From the NCBI GenBank assembly GCA_037443035.1, contig JBBIPC010000002.1:1-64000 (forward strand): DNA of 64,000 bases, read 5' to 3'. Below, in pieces: positions 42,057 through 52,122 of the stretch. The stretch comes from Chthonomonadales bacterium (lineage in GTDB: Bacteria; Armatimonadota; Chthonomonadetes; Chthonomonadales; CAJBBX01). The notes under the pieces were generated by a model. That model was given only the letters and a program-made list of their open reading frames with translations. It was not told where the DNA came from and searched no databases. Positions within the stretch are counted from its first letter, which is position 1, and every line of letters begins with the position of its first letter. The translations under genes and the position numbers were made by a program.

Positions 42057-43183
42057 CACAGCGTCCCGTGCGCGTCTATGCCACCTACCAGCGCGGCGAA
42101 GTCGTCGGGCAGGTTGCGGCGGCGCTGCTTATCGTAGTCGGAGTTCTAGCCCTGAGCGTCGCCGTCACCCACCTTCCGTGGTATCGGCTGGATCCTGTGC
42201 TGCAGTTCATAGGCCGCCATCCTGTCCTCAACGCGTTCGCGAAGGCCATGGTGGTGGCTGTTTTCGTGACGCTCCACGTGCTATTGCTGATATGGTGGGA
42301 GCGCAAGTTCGCTGGTTGGCTTCAAGCTCGGCTTGGGCCCAAGCATGTAGGCTGGAACGGCCTCATCCAAAGCGTGGCCGATGCGATCAAGCTTCTCGTC
42401 AAGGAAGACATCATTCCGTCGAAGGCCGACAAGGGCCTGTTCATCCTTGCACCGTTTCTAGTTTTCATGCCGACACTCCTGACCTTCATGCTGCTTCCAT
42501 TCAGCGCCACATGGGTCGGGTACAACTTCGACCTCGGGGCCCTTCTTGTGCTTGCGGTCACTACGAACGTGTCGCTCGGCATTTTGGCGGCGGGATGGGG
42601 CGCTAACAACAAGTACTCGCTCCTCGGCGGTGCTCGCGCCTGCGCACAGGTGCTGGCCTACGAGGTCCCCATGGCGGTGACTGTGCTTTCCATGGTAACG
42701 CTGGTCGGAAGCATGTCCCTCGTCGAGATTGTGAGACGTCAAACTCACGTGTGGAACATCGTATCCCACGCGCCCGTCGCCATTCCGGCGTTCGTCTTGC
42801 TGTTCATCTGCGGCCTGGCCGAGTTGAACCGCACACCCTTCGATCTCCCCGAGGCCGAGTCGGAGCTCGTGAGCGGGTTCCATACCGAGTACTCGGGCAT
42901 GCGTTTCGCTTTCTTCTATCTTGCAGAGTTCGCCAACAACTTCTTCATGGCCGGCTTCATCGTAGTGTTGTTCCTCGGTGGCTGGCTTGGGCCATGGTTC
43001 CCAGCGCCTGTTTGGTTCGTTCTCAAGACCATCGTTGTGGTCACCGCGATGATGTGGGTGCGATGGACCCTGCCAAGGTTCCGCGTTGACCAGATGATGG
43101 GTTTCTGCTGGAAAGGACTTGTACCGGCATCGCTGGCCGTTTTCTGTCTGACGGCGCTGTGGTCGGTATGGATGTCGCCATGA
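42053..43183 (+). CDS. nuoH: NADH-quinone oxidoreductase subunit H
   Basis: ERK...QARLGP, NRTPFDLPEAESELVSGFHTEYSG, LPRFRVDQ. Confidence 0.95.
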   Translation: MTQRPVRVYATYQRGEVVGQVAAALLIVVGVLALSVAVTHLPWYRLDPVLQFIGRHPVLNAFAKAMVVAVFVTLHVLLLIWWERKFAGWLQARLGPKHVGWNGLIQSVADAIKLLVKEDIIPSKADKGLFILAPFLVFMPTLLTFMLLPFSATWVGYNFDLGALLVLAVTTNVSLGILAAGWGANNKYSLLGGARACAQVLAYEVPMAVTVLSMVTLVGSMSLVEIVRRQTHVWNIVSHAPVAIPAFVLLFICGLAELNRTPFDLPEAESELVSGFHTEYSGMRFAFFYLAEFANNFFMAGFIVVLFLGGWLGPWFPAPVWFVLKTIVVVTAMMWVRWTLPRFRVDQMMGFCWKGLVPASLAVFCLTALWSVWMSP

Positions 43184-43722
43184 GTGCAGTGCGAGGATTC
43201 GTCGTAGGCTTCGTCTCGGTGTTTCGCGGGCTGGGAGTGACGTTAGTCAACTTGGTGGCGAGGCCGAAGGTTACCATCGCCTATCCCTATGAGCGACCGC
43301 AGGTGTCGCCGCGATATCGAGGTCTGTTCTACCTGCCATTCGATGAGCAAGCCAACCGCCTCAAGTGCGTGGGTTGCACGCTCTGCGCCCAGGCATGCCC
43401 CACCAAGGTCATCTCCATGAAGAAGCTTGGTGCCGGCAAGCACGCAGGCGTGAGCGAGTTCACGATGGACCTTGGCCGTTGCATGTTCTGCAACCTCTGC
43501 ATCGAGGCATGCCCCTTTGACGCTATCCACATGGGCCCCGATTACGAACTGGCGTCGAGCCAACGCGAGATCAGTGTGTTCACTATTGCTGACCTGGCTC
43601 AGGGCGGAGCCCACGCAGTGGCCCGGAACAACGCTACCATAGAGGCAGCCCTGCAAGAGGAACAGGGCGAGAAGAAGCCGACTATCGTGCATCTGCAGGT
43701 ACCCAAAGGTCGCGAACCGTGA
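43180..43722 (+). CDS. nuoI: NADH-quinone oxidoreductase subunit I
   Basis: Two CxxCxxCxxxCP ferredoxin motifs. Confidence 0.93.
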   Translation: MSAVRGFVVGFVSVFRGLGVTLVNLVARPKVTIAYPYERPQVSPRYRGLFYLPFDEQANRLKCVGCTLCAQACPTKVISMKKLGAGKHAGVSEFTMDLGRCMFCNLCIEACPFDAIHMGPDYELASSQREISVFTIADLAQGGAHAVARNNATIEAALQEEQGEKKPTIVHLQVPKGREP

Positions 43723-44270
43723 GTATGTCAAGCATACATTTACTGGCGTTTCTCAGCCTCTGCGTGCTCACGCTCGTGCCGGCAGTAATGGTAGTCACCA
43801 CCAGGAATCTAGTCCATGCGGGGTTCTGGCTACTTCCCTGCTTGATCGGAGTCGCAGGCTTCTACGCCCTGTTAGAGGCTCATGTGTTCGTGGCTGTGCA
43901 GGTTCTCATCTACGTCGGGGCCATACTCGTACTCATTCTCTTCGCTCTCATGCTCACCCGCGACGTCATGGACCCCAAGGAGCCGCAGACGAACCGATTG
44001 GTGTGGTGGGCAGCAGGATCCTGCGGAGCGGCCATGCTCATCACCGCCCATATTCTCTTCCATCATCCATGGAGAACAACCGGCATGGTGCCAATGCCCG
44101 CCGCTCAACAGACCGCGGAGCTCGGTCGGGCCCTCATCGGTCGCTACGCCATGCCCTTCGAAGTTGCTAGCGTGATCCTGCTGGCGGCGCTGGTGGGTGC
44201 TATCGTCGTGGCTAGAGGACCTCGAAGAGACGCCGCAGCGAGCATCCCCGCTGGGGAGGATAGGCCGTGA
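43719..44270 (+). CDS. nuoJ: NADH-quinone oxidoreductase subunit J
   Basis: QVLIYVGAILVL, PFEVASVILLAALVGA. Confidence 0.93.
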   Translation: MSMSSIHLLAFLSLCVLTLVPAVMVVTTRNLVHAGFWLLPCLIGVAGFYALLEAHVFVAVQVLIYVGAILVLILFALMLTRDVMDPKEPQTNRLVWWAAGSCGAAMLITAHILFHHPWRTTGMVPMPAAQQTAELGRALIGRYAMPFEVASVILLAALVGAIVVARGPRRDAAASIPAGEDRP

Positions 44271-44575
44271 TCGGGTTGCAGCATTATCTTCTTGTCAGTG
44301 CCGCGCTTCTGGGCATTGGAGCGTTCGGAGCGCTCACGCGGCGAAACGCCATTGCCGTGCTCATGGGCGTCGAGTTGATGCTGAATGCGGCCAACCTCAA
44401 CTTCATAGCCCTATGGCGCTTTCTCACGCCCTATTCCATGGAGCCACAGGTCTTCGTGCTCATCGGCCTGACCATCGCCGCCGCCGAAGCTGCCATCGGC
44501 TTGGCTGTGGTCTTGAACATATATCGTGAATACGGTACCGTGAACCTCGACAAGATCGCGGAGCTGAAGGGGTGA
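44267..44575 (+). CDS. nuoK: NADH-quinone oxidoreductase subunit K
   Basis: GVELMLNAANLN, AAAEAAIGLA. Confidence 0.95.
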   Translation: MIGLQHYLLVSAALLGIGAFGALTRRNAIAVLMGVELMLNAANLNFIALWRFLTPYSMEPQVFVLIGLTIAAAEAAIGLAVVLNIYREYGTVNLDKIAELKG

Positions 44576-46605
44576 GCGTTCTCGCGCCGACGGCCGATCC
44601 CGTACTCTGGCTCATCGTGCTCGTCCCGCTGTTCATGGCCGTTGTTGCCGGAATCCTGGCCTTGACCCGTCGTCTGGAAGGGGCTGCTCCGTACCTCACC
44701 TCGATCGGGACGGGCATCGCCGGACTCGTGGCACTGACCCACAGACCCAGCCGCACACACGGCTACCTCGGCCACGTGGATGTGTCCTGGCTGCAGGTAT
44801 GGGACAGATTCCACATCGCGCTGTCGGTGCATCTGGACCACCTTGCGTGGGTGATGGTCGGCGTAGTATGCGCCGTGAGTCTCCTCGTCCAAGTCTATTC
44901 CATCGGTTACATGCGGGGCGAGCGAGGGTACGCGCGCTACTTCGCCTACCTCTCTCTGTTCACAGCGTCCATGCTCGGATTGGTGGTTGCCGATAATCTG
45001 TTCCAGCTCTATGTGTGCTGGGAGCTCGTGGGCATATGTTCGTACCTACTCATCGGGTTCTGGTGGCATAAGCCAAGCGCAGCGTCGGCTGCGAAGAAGG
45101 CGTTCGTCGTAACGCGGTTCGGCGACGTCGGCTTCATGCTCGGTCTGCTGTTCCTGTCCGTGGCTGCAGGTTCGTTCGGGTTCACGGACGTTCAGCATGC
45201 CTTTGCGCGCATAGGTTCTGGTGCGCAGCAAGCCAGCACACTCATGTCCAATGAGGTGTTTCTCTGGGTCGTACCCCTTCTGCTCTTCTGTGGTGCGGTC
45301 GGCAAGTCCGCCCAGTTTCCGCTGCACGTATGGTTGCCGGACGCCATGGAGGGTCCCACACCAGTCAGCGCTCTGATCCACGCTGCCACCATGGTGGCGG
45401 CTGGAGTCTACATGGTGGCTCGTCTGATCTGGCTCTTTACCTGGTCGTCCGTATCGGCTCCCCTTCGCGGTCCTCTGGCCATTCCTCTCGATGTCATCCT
45501 TGTAGTCGGAGCAGTAACGGCACTCATTGCCGCCACCATCGCACTCGTGCAGAACGATATCAAGAAGGTGCTCGCCTACTCCACGATCAGTCAACTCGGC
45601 TTCATGATGATGGCGCTTGGTGCAGGGAACACGGCCGGCCAGGCGACATCCATGTTCCACCTTGTAACTCACGCCTTCTTCAAAGCGCTCCTCTTCCTTG
45701 CCGCGGGCTCGGTGATCCACGCGCTCCACCATGCCCCCGACCCCAACGACCTGCGGTATATGGGTGGGCTACGGCACCGCATGCCATGGACGGCGTTGAC
45801 CTGCGGCATCGGAGTGGTGGCATTGGCAGGACTCCCGCCTTTCTCAGGGTTCTGGAGCAAGGATGCCATCGCCGGGTTGCTCATGGAGCGCGCGGGCTGG
45901 TTCGGTCATCGGATGAGCCCCGAGGGCGTTCTGCAGCTCGGTGCCGACCCGGACGTGGCTAGTTTTGGAGCCGTCGTCGCTCTTGTGGTGACCGTGCTAA
46001 CGGCGTTCTATGCCTTTCGGCTATGGTTCCTGGCATTCGCCGGCACGCCACGATCCCAAGCAGCTACTCAAGCACACGAATCGCCAGCCGTCATGACTCT
46101 GCCGCTGGTACTGCTGGCGGTACCCTCGGTCTTCGCCGGCTGGTGGCTTCACCACAACAGCCTCCTGGAAGCCTACTTGACCAACGAACACGGTGCTCCC
46201 ATGCATCTCACCGTAGCCGTAGTTGCAACGGTTCTCGCACTAGCAGGAGCGGCCATGGCGGTTCGCCTGTACCTGAAGCCGTCCTCCGGCGAAGATCCTG
46301 TCTGCGGTATGCCGCGGCCACTCTACGCTCTGTTCAGCAACCTCTGGTACGTTGAAGCGTTCTGGTCGGCTGCTGTTGCGCCTACCCTGCTCAAGCTCGG
46401 TTCCACGGTCGCCTGGGCAGATCGCAATATCGTTGACGGCACTGTCCGGGCCACAGGACGGGGCATCGTGCGTGTCGGATACGAGGTTCGGCGCATGGCT
46501 TCTGGCCAGGCCCAGTCCTACGCAACGGTCATCGTCGCAGCAACTGTTGCCGTGATCGTTCTGCTGGTTCTCTATGAAGCCGCGGCAAGCGGAGGGATGC
46601 CCTGA
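44572..46605 (+). CDS. nuoL: NADH-quinone oxidoreductase subunit L
   Basis: GKSAQFPLHVWLPDAMEGPTPVSALIHAATMV, HAFFKALLFL. Confidence 0.95.
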   Translation: MSVLAPTADPVLWLIVLVPLFMAVVAGILALTRRLEGAAPYLTSIGTGIAGLVALTHRPSRTHGYLGHVDVSWLQVWDRFHIALSVHLDHLAWVMVGVVCAVSLLVQVYSIGYMRGERGYARYFAYLSLFTASMLGLVVADNLFQLYVCWELVGICSYLLIGFWWHKPSAASAAKKAFVVTRFGDVGFMLGLLFLSVAAGSFGFTDVQHAFARIGSGAQQASTLMSNEVFLWVVPLLLFCGAVGKSAQFPLHVWLPDAMEGPTPVSALIHAATMVAAGVYMVARLIWLFTWSSVSAPLRGPLAIPLDVILVVGAVTALIAATIALVQNDIKKVLAYSTISQLGFMMMALGAGNTAGQATSMFHLVTHAFFKALLFLAAGSVIHALHHAPDPNDLRYMGGLRHRMPWTALTCGIGVVALAGLPPFSGFWSKDAIAGLLMERAGWFGHRMSPEGVLQLGADPDVASFGAVVALVVTVLTAFYAFRLWFLAFAGTPRSQAATQAHESPAVMTLPLVLLAVPSVFAGWWLHHNSLLEAYLTNEHGAPMHLTVAVVATVLALAGAAMAVRLYLKPSSGEDPVCGMPRPLYALFSNLWYVEAFWSAAVAPTLLKLGSTVAWADRNIVDGTVRATGRGIVRVGYEVRRMASGQAQSYATVIVAATVAVIVLLVLYEAAASGGMP

Positions 46606-48125
46606 TGGGAGGCTGGATCGTCACCCTTACGGTGCTGGCCCCACTGACGGCATCCCTGCTGCTGCTGGTGTTGCCGGCATCGCGTGGGCTTCTTGTCCGG
46701 CTCGTAGCAGCCCTCGGCGCAGGCATCACCCTCCCTGCGTCGTTGTGGTTGTGCTGGACCTATGACCTGCGCAAGGGTGGTTTTCAGCATGAACTGCGCA
46801 TTCCCTGGGTGCCATCGCTCGGCATCGGCTACCACGTAGGCGTAGATGGAATCAGTCTTTCCCTAGTCCTGCTCACCTCCCTCGTCATCACCTTCGGCGT
46901 CTTCGCCTCGTGGACGCAGAAGACTCGTACGAAGGAGTTCCTCGCCCTCCTGCTGCTGCTCGTGAGCGGGGTGTTCGGCGTATTCGTGTCCAGGGACCTG
47001 TTCTTCCTCTTCCTCTTCTACGAGATCGCCGTCCTACCGATGTACCTGCTGATCGGCGTCTGGGGAACGAGCTCGAAGGAGCGAACGAAGGAACATGCCG
47101 CCATGAAGCTCACGCTCATGTTACTCGGTGGCAGTGCGTTCATTCTCGTGGCGATCCTGGCCATCTACTTCGTTCAGCCCGTACGTTCCTTCGACCTGGA
47201 GCGCCTGGCGACCACCCGCTACTCCCCTGACTTCCAGACATGGGCGTTCCTTCTCGTCTACGTCGGCTTTGGCATCCTTGCAGGTATCTGGCCGCTGCAC
47301 ACATGGTCGCCTGACGGCCACGCTTCGGCTCCAACTGCCGTCTCCATGCTCCACGCAGGTGTCCTGATGAAGCTTGGCGCCTACGGCGTCTTGCGCGTGG
47401 GTGTGGGGCTCATGCCGGAAGGCGCCCAACACTGGGCTATGCTGATGGGCTGCATTGCGACGGTGAACATCCTCTACGGTGCCATGTCCGCCATGGGTCA
47501 GACGGACCTGAAGTACGTCATCGCTTACTCGTCTGTATCGCACATGGGCGTTGTCATGCTGGGGCTGGCGTCCCTGAATCCGGTGGGAATCAATGGGTCG
47601 GTCATGCAGATGTTCTCGCATGGCATCATGACGGGGCTGTTCTTCGCCGTGGTTGGCCTGATCTACGAGAAAGCCCATACACGGGATACGACGCGAATGG
47701 GCGGTTTCGCAAGGAGGATGCCTGGTATCGCAGTTACGATGACCGTCGGGGGGCTCGCCTCGTTCGGCTTACCGGCAACCAGCGGTTTCATCGCCGAGTT
47801 TCTGTCCTTCTACGGTATGTGGCTGCGAAGTCCTCTGCTCGCCCTTCTCGCAGTCGGCGGCATCGTGCTGACCGCCATTTATGTCCTCCGGATCATCCAG
47901 CGTGTCTTCCTCGGTCCATTCAACGAGTCCAACTACGCCGATCTTCGCGACGCCAGGACCACGGAGTGGCCCGCTATAGTTGCCCTTGCGTTGATCCTGC
48001 TCGTTGTCGGGCTCTGGCCACGGCCTCTGGTACGCATGATCGACTCCGGCATCCGTACCGCCCTGCCGTGGGTCCAGACCACGCAGGTGGCACAGTACCC
48101 TGGGAGAGACGTGGGCCAACGATGA
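46605..48125 (+). CDS. nuoM: NADH-quinone oxidoreductase subunit M
   Basis: GVDGIS, PLHTWSPDGHASAPT, AYSSVSHMG, GLPATSGFIAEF. Confidence 0.93.
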   Translation: MGGWIVTLTVLAPLTASLLLLVLPASRGLLVRLVAALGAGITLPASLWLCWTYDLRKGGFQHELRIPWVPSLGIGYHVGVDGISLSLVLLTSLVITFGVFASWTQKTRTKEFLALLLLLVSGVFGVFVSRDLFFLFLFYEIAVLPMYLLIGVWGTSSKERTKEHAAMKLTLMLLGGSAFILVAILAIYFVQPVRSFDLERLATTRYSPDFQTWAFLLVYVGFGILAGIWPLHTWSPDGHASAPTAVSMLHAGVLMKLGAYGVLRVGVGLMPEGAQHWAMLMGCIATVNILYGAMSAMGQTDLKYVIAYSSVSHMGVVMLGLASLNPVGINGSVMQMFSHGIMTGLFFAVVGLIYEKAHTRDTTRMGGFARRMPGIAVTMTVGGLASFGLPATSGFIAEFLSFYGMWLRSPLLALLAVGGIVLTAIYVLRIIQRVFLGPFNESNYADLRDARTTEWPAIVALALILLVVGLWPRPLVRMIDSGIRTALPWVQTTQVAQYPGRDVGQR

Positions 48126-50608
48126 CCCGCTCGCTAGGCGTTCGTCTTTGTGCTCACGCCGTGGCGCTGACAGGAGGTGTTCTCGCAGCCATGTGCCAAC
48201 AGAAAATCTCCGACTGGCCCTCCTCTGTGCTCGCTTTCCCCTACCCGCGCTCGAGCTCAGTCGGTAGCCCGCGTATCGTCGTTTACCGGCACGACATCCT
48301 CCGGCTGCAACGCAACAAGTCTGTCATTGGCACTCCATTGCGCATTGGCTCGCGGGAGTTCCGCTCCGGTCTGGGCACACATGCACCGTCCAGGCTCGTG
48401 GTCACGTCGCCGCGTCCGCTCGTCGCCGTAGCCGGCTGGCTAGGCGTGGATGCGAACGAGCGAACGCAGGGAGGGACCGGCTCGGTTGTATTCGTTGTTC
48501 GCGCTGACGGCGTGGAAGTGTACCGATCCCCTGTCGTTCGGCCAAAGCAGGATCCCCTGCGGTTGGATCTGAACCTGGCGTCGGCCCGCACTGTGGATCT
48601 GATCGTAGAGGACGCAGGTGATGGCGTGACCTGCGACCATGCGGACTGGGCCGACCTGCGCGTACGTCTCGCTGATGGCTCCGAACTAGCTGTCGCCGAC
48701 CTGGAGGAAGGTGTAGCGGATCTCTCCGGTCCCTATCCCTTCTCGTTCACCGTCGGAGGCAAAGCGTGCGGGGATGTCTTGCAGAGCTGGAAGAGTGAGG
48801 GGCACGATGAAACGCTTGCCGATGGACGGCGACACATCGAGCGTACATGGCTTCACCCCGACGGAACTCTCCGCGTCCGTTTCGATGCCGTCCAGTACAA
48901 GGACTTCCCGGCGGTAGACTGGGTTCTCCGGTTCGAAAACATTGGTACACGGGATACGCCGATCATCGAGAACGTCCTGCCGCTGGACTTCACCCTGAAC
49001 GCACCCAGAGATGGTGCATGGCCATATGTACTCCACCGGACCGCCGGCGGCACTCCGGACGCCCAGCAGTTCGCCTCGACCACTCTGGACATTGGCGGAG
49101 GCCAAACCGGCGAACTCAGTGCAGGCGGTGGTAGGTCTTCCACGAAGGACTTCCCGTTTTTCAAGGTGGACCTGAGCGACGGGGCGCTCATCGTCGCGAT
49201 AGGATGGTCGGGTAACTGGAAGGCCACCGTAGAATCGCCCGACAAGCGCCAACTGCACATCGCCGCAGGACAGGATGGCACCCGCTTCCTCCTGCATCCC
49301 GGCGAAACCGTCCGGACACCCCGCGTCCTCATGTTGCGCAGCAGGGGCGACAGCCTCGAAGCGAACGTCCTCTTTCGGCGGTTGATCTACAGACACTACG
49401 CTGCCCGGCGATCCGGCAAGAACCCCTTGCCAGTCCTGTTCAGCAACACATGTTTCACCCGAGGTGGCGGCTGGCTCAACGAGTGCAATGCCGCCAATCA
49501 GATCTCGCTGATCGACGCGTACGCGCCGCTCGGGCTGGAAGCCGTCATCACGGACGCAGGCTGGTTCGAGGGCGGCTGGCCGGACGGCGCTGGCAACTGG
49601 ACACCGAGGAAGGACGCATACCCACAGGGCATGGGGCCGGTGGCCGCCGCCGCCGCGAAGCACAACATGGTCTATGGCCTGTGGTTCGAGCCAGAACGAG
49701 TGGTAGCGGGTACTGGACTCCATCGGGAACATCCCGAATGGTGTCTGGCTGCTGGACCAGAACCGCAGCATACCTATCTGGCCAACTTCGCCCTCAAACC
49801 CGTAAGGGACTACTTCCTCCAAATCGTGAAAGGCTTCATGGATCTGCCAGGATTCAGGGTCTACAGGCAGGATTTCAACATGGATCCATTGCCCTACTGG
49901 AGATTCAACGACCGGCCGGACCGCCAGGGCATGACCGAAATGCAGTACATCGAAGGTCTCTATGCCTACTGGGACAGTCTGGCCCAAGCGTGGCCGGATA
50001 GCCTGCGGGAGGAGTGTGCCAGCGGCGGTCACCGAATCGATCTGGAGACGGTCAAACGCTTTCACATTCACCAGAAGACCGATTACTGGTTCGACAACGA
50101 GGTGGACCAGGCCAGCATCTGGTCTCTCAGCCAGTATCTGCCCAACAGTGTCTTTGTCGCTCCCATTGACAGGCTGGACGAGTACACTTACCATTCGGTG
50201 TTCGCCACATCGCTGTGCGTTGGTTGGATCGCCGACGCGCCCGAGTTTCCCACGACGCGTGCCAGCAAGATGCTCAGTCGCTACCTCGCTCTGCGACATT
50301 TCCTTGTAGGTGACTATTACCCCCTCACGGGTTATAGCCTGAACCAGAGGGACTGGATGGCCTACCAGTTCCATCGGCCGGACCTCGGAGCTGGCATCGT
50401 CATGGTGTTTCGACGACGGGAAAGCCCCTACAGGAGCGTGGAAGTGGCTTTGCATGGACTGGAGCCGGCGGCCACCTACACGCTCCGATCCGAGACATCC
50501 GGCAAGGTCACAGAGGGTCGTGGTGCCGCTCTGATGCAACAGATGGTGATTGCACTTCCAGCACCACATATGTCGGATATTCTCGTCTACCGGAAGGTGC
50601 AGAAGTGA
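48122..50608 (+). CDS. Secreted GH36-type alpha-galactosidase with NPCBM/NEW2 domain
   Basis: GLGTHAPS and CDHADWAD (NPCBM/NEW2); DAGWF, GLWFEPE, DFN and EECASGGHRID (GH36). ATGA overlap with nuoM and GTGA overlap with nuoN. Confidence 0.8.
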   Translation: MTRSLGVRLCAHAVALTGGVLAAMCQQKISDWPSSVLAFPYPRSSSVGSPRIVVYRHDILRLQRNKSVIGTPLRIGSREFRSGLGTHAPSRLVVTSPRPLVAVAGWLGVDANERTQGGTGSVVFVVRADGVEVYRSPVVRPKQDPLRLDLNLASARTVDLIVEDAGDGVTCDHADWADLRVRLADGSELAVADLEEGVADLSGPYPFSFTVGGKACGDVLQSWKSEGHDETLADGRRHIERTWLHPDGTLRVRFDAVQYKDFPAVDWVLRFENIGTRDTPIIENVLPLDFTLNAPRDGAWPYVLHRTAGGTPDAQQFASTTLDIGGGQTGELSAGGGRSSTKDFPFFKVDLSDGALIVAIGWSGNWKATVESPDKRQLHIAAGQDGTRFLLHPGETVRTPRVLMLRSRGDSLEANVLFRRLIYRHYAARRSGKNPLPVLFSNTCFTRGGGWLNECNAANQISLIDAYAPLGLEAVITDAGWFEGGWPDGAGNWTPRKDAYPQGMGPVAAAAAKHNMVYGLWFEPERVVAGTGLHREHPEWCLAAGPEPQHTYLANFALKPVRDYFLQIVKGFMDLPGFRVYRQDFNMDPLPYWRFNDRPDRQGMTEMQYIEGLYAYWDSLAQAWPDSLREECASGGHRIDLETVKRFHIHQKTDYWFDNEVDQASIWSLSQYLPNSVFVAPIDRLDEYTYHSVFATSLCVGWIADAPEFPTTRASKMLSRYLALRHFLVGDYYPLTGYSLNQRDWMAYQFHRPDLGAGIVMVFRRRESPYRSVEVALHGLEPAATYTLRSETSGKVTEGRGAALMQQMVIALPAPHMSDILVYRKVQK

Positions 50609-52122
50609 TCGAGCTCCGTGCACTGCTGCCGCATGCCGTTCTCATCGGTGTAGGACTGCTCGTCATTGCCCTGGACATTCTGCACGTGCGGCGCCGATTC
50701 TGCTGCCTGGGCGCCATCACCGCGGCAGGAGCATTTCTAGTCCTAGTTCTCGATTGGCAGGGTCCGACAGCAGCGCTTTGGCAGGGTCTCGCTGCAACGG
50801 ACGGGTTCTCGCGCGCATTCGACACCGTTTTCCTCCTCTCGCTGGCCATCGTTGCCATCGGCTCCGTCGGGTCCGAGAAGTGCGCCGTGTACGCGGGTGA
50901 GTACTTCGGTGTTCTAGCATTCAGCACGTTGGGGCTCATGCTTGCCGCTTCTGCGACGAGCCTTCTTGCCCTGTACATCGGTGTGGAGCTCACCACGATC
51001 GGCCTCATGGGTCTGGTAGGGTTCGCCAAGACCGAGAAACGCTCAGCCGAGGCAGCGGTAAAGCTGTTTGTCGTTGGAGCCGTGGCATCGGCGTTGGCTC
51101 TCTACGGAGCAGGGATCGTCTACGGAGTGGCCGGAACCACTGAGTATCACCGCGTGGTTGAAGCTTTGGGAACGGGTCGCGAGGGTTTCCCCTGGTTGAT
51201 GTGGCTTGGTCTGGCCTGCGTTATCGCCGGTCTGGGGTTCAAGATCGCCGCCGTACCGTTCCACCTTTGGGCACCCGACGTCTACGAAGGGGCGCCTACT
51301 GCTGTCAGCGCGTTCATCTCCACGGCTTCCAAGGCTGGTGGCATGGCCGGTCTCCTACGCTTTCTTGTCGTCGCCCTGGGCCACGCTGGAGACCGGTGGT
51401 TGCCGATCGTCGTGGTTCTGTCCCTCGGCTCCATGCTGCTGGGCAACCTGGCGGCCATCGCCCAGACGAACTTCAAGCGGATGCTGGCCTATTCGGGCAT
51501 TGCTCAGGCAGGTTACATGCTCGTCGCTGTGGCCGGCGCCTGGGCGCCCAGCAGCACGATGGCTGTAAGCGCCGTCGTCATGTATGCCTTCCTCTACGCG
51601 TTCACCAACATCGGTGGCTTCCTCGTTGCCCACGCAGTGGCTGAAGCCACCGGTAGCGATGACATCGCCGCACTGCGCGGGCTTCACAAGCGGTCTCCTT
51701 TCCTGGCCCTGACGGTTCTAGTCGTGCTGTTCTCGCTGGGTGGCATACCGCCGCTGGCTGGCTTTGTGGGCAAGCTCTACCTGTTCGCTGCAGGATGGGA
51801 TGGCGGCCAGGTGCTGCTCGTGAGCGTGGGCGCGGGCATCAGTGTGGTAGCTCTGTACTATTACCTTCGTGTCGCCCTGGAAGCGTATATCAAGGATCCG
51901 GACGATGCCAGCCCATTGCCTTTAGCACGCCCGGTCGGCGTTGCCCTCGCAGTGTGCGTTCTGGGTACCATTGCCATCGGAGTGTATCCGCGACCATGGG
52001 TGAGCCTTGGCGAACAGGCAGCGAAGGCGCTCGCGCCCAGCCTTCCGGCGAGAGCTAGCGTCGGCACTCCCGAGAAGCCAACCTTGACAGGAGCAGGCCG
52101 TGTTCTACCTAACCGTTCATGA
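50605..52122 (+). CDS. nuoN: NADH-quinone oxidoreductase subunit N
   Basis: FKIAAVPFHLWAPDVYEGAPT, KRMLAYSGIAQAGY, GIPPLAGFVGK. Confidence 0.95.
   Translation: MIELRALLPHAVLIGVGLLVIALDILHVRRRFCCLGAITAAGAFLVLVLDWQGPTAALWQGLAATDGFSRAFDTVFLLSLAIVAIGSVGSEKCAVYAGEYFGVLAFSTLGLMLAASATSLLALYIGVELTTIGLMGLVGFAKTEKRSAEAAVKLFVVGAVASALALYGAGIVYGVAGTTEYHRVVEALGTGREGFPWLMWLGLACVIAGLGFKIAAVPFHLWAPDVYEGAPTAVSAFISTASKAGGMAGLLRFLVVALGHAGDRWLPIVVVLSLGSMLLGNLAAIAQTNFKRMLAYSGIAQAGYMLVAVAGAWAPSSTMAVSAVVMYAFLYAFTNIGGFLVAHAVAEATGSDDIAALRGLHKRSPFLALTVLVVLFSLGGIPPLAGFVGKLYLFAAGWDGGQVLLVSVGAGISVVALYYYLRVALEAYIKDPDDASPLPLARPVGVALAVCVLGTIAIGVYPRPWVSLGEQAAKALAPSLPARASVGTPEKPTLTGAGRVLPNRS

Noticed and set aside
48686..50623. 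645-aa minus-strand ORF
   Set aside because: It is antisense to the well-supported GH36 gene and has no domain signal.
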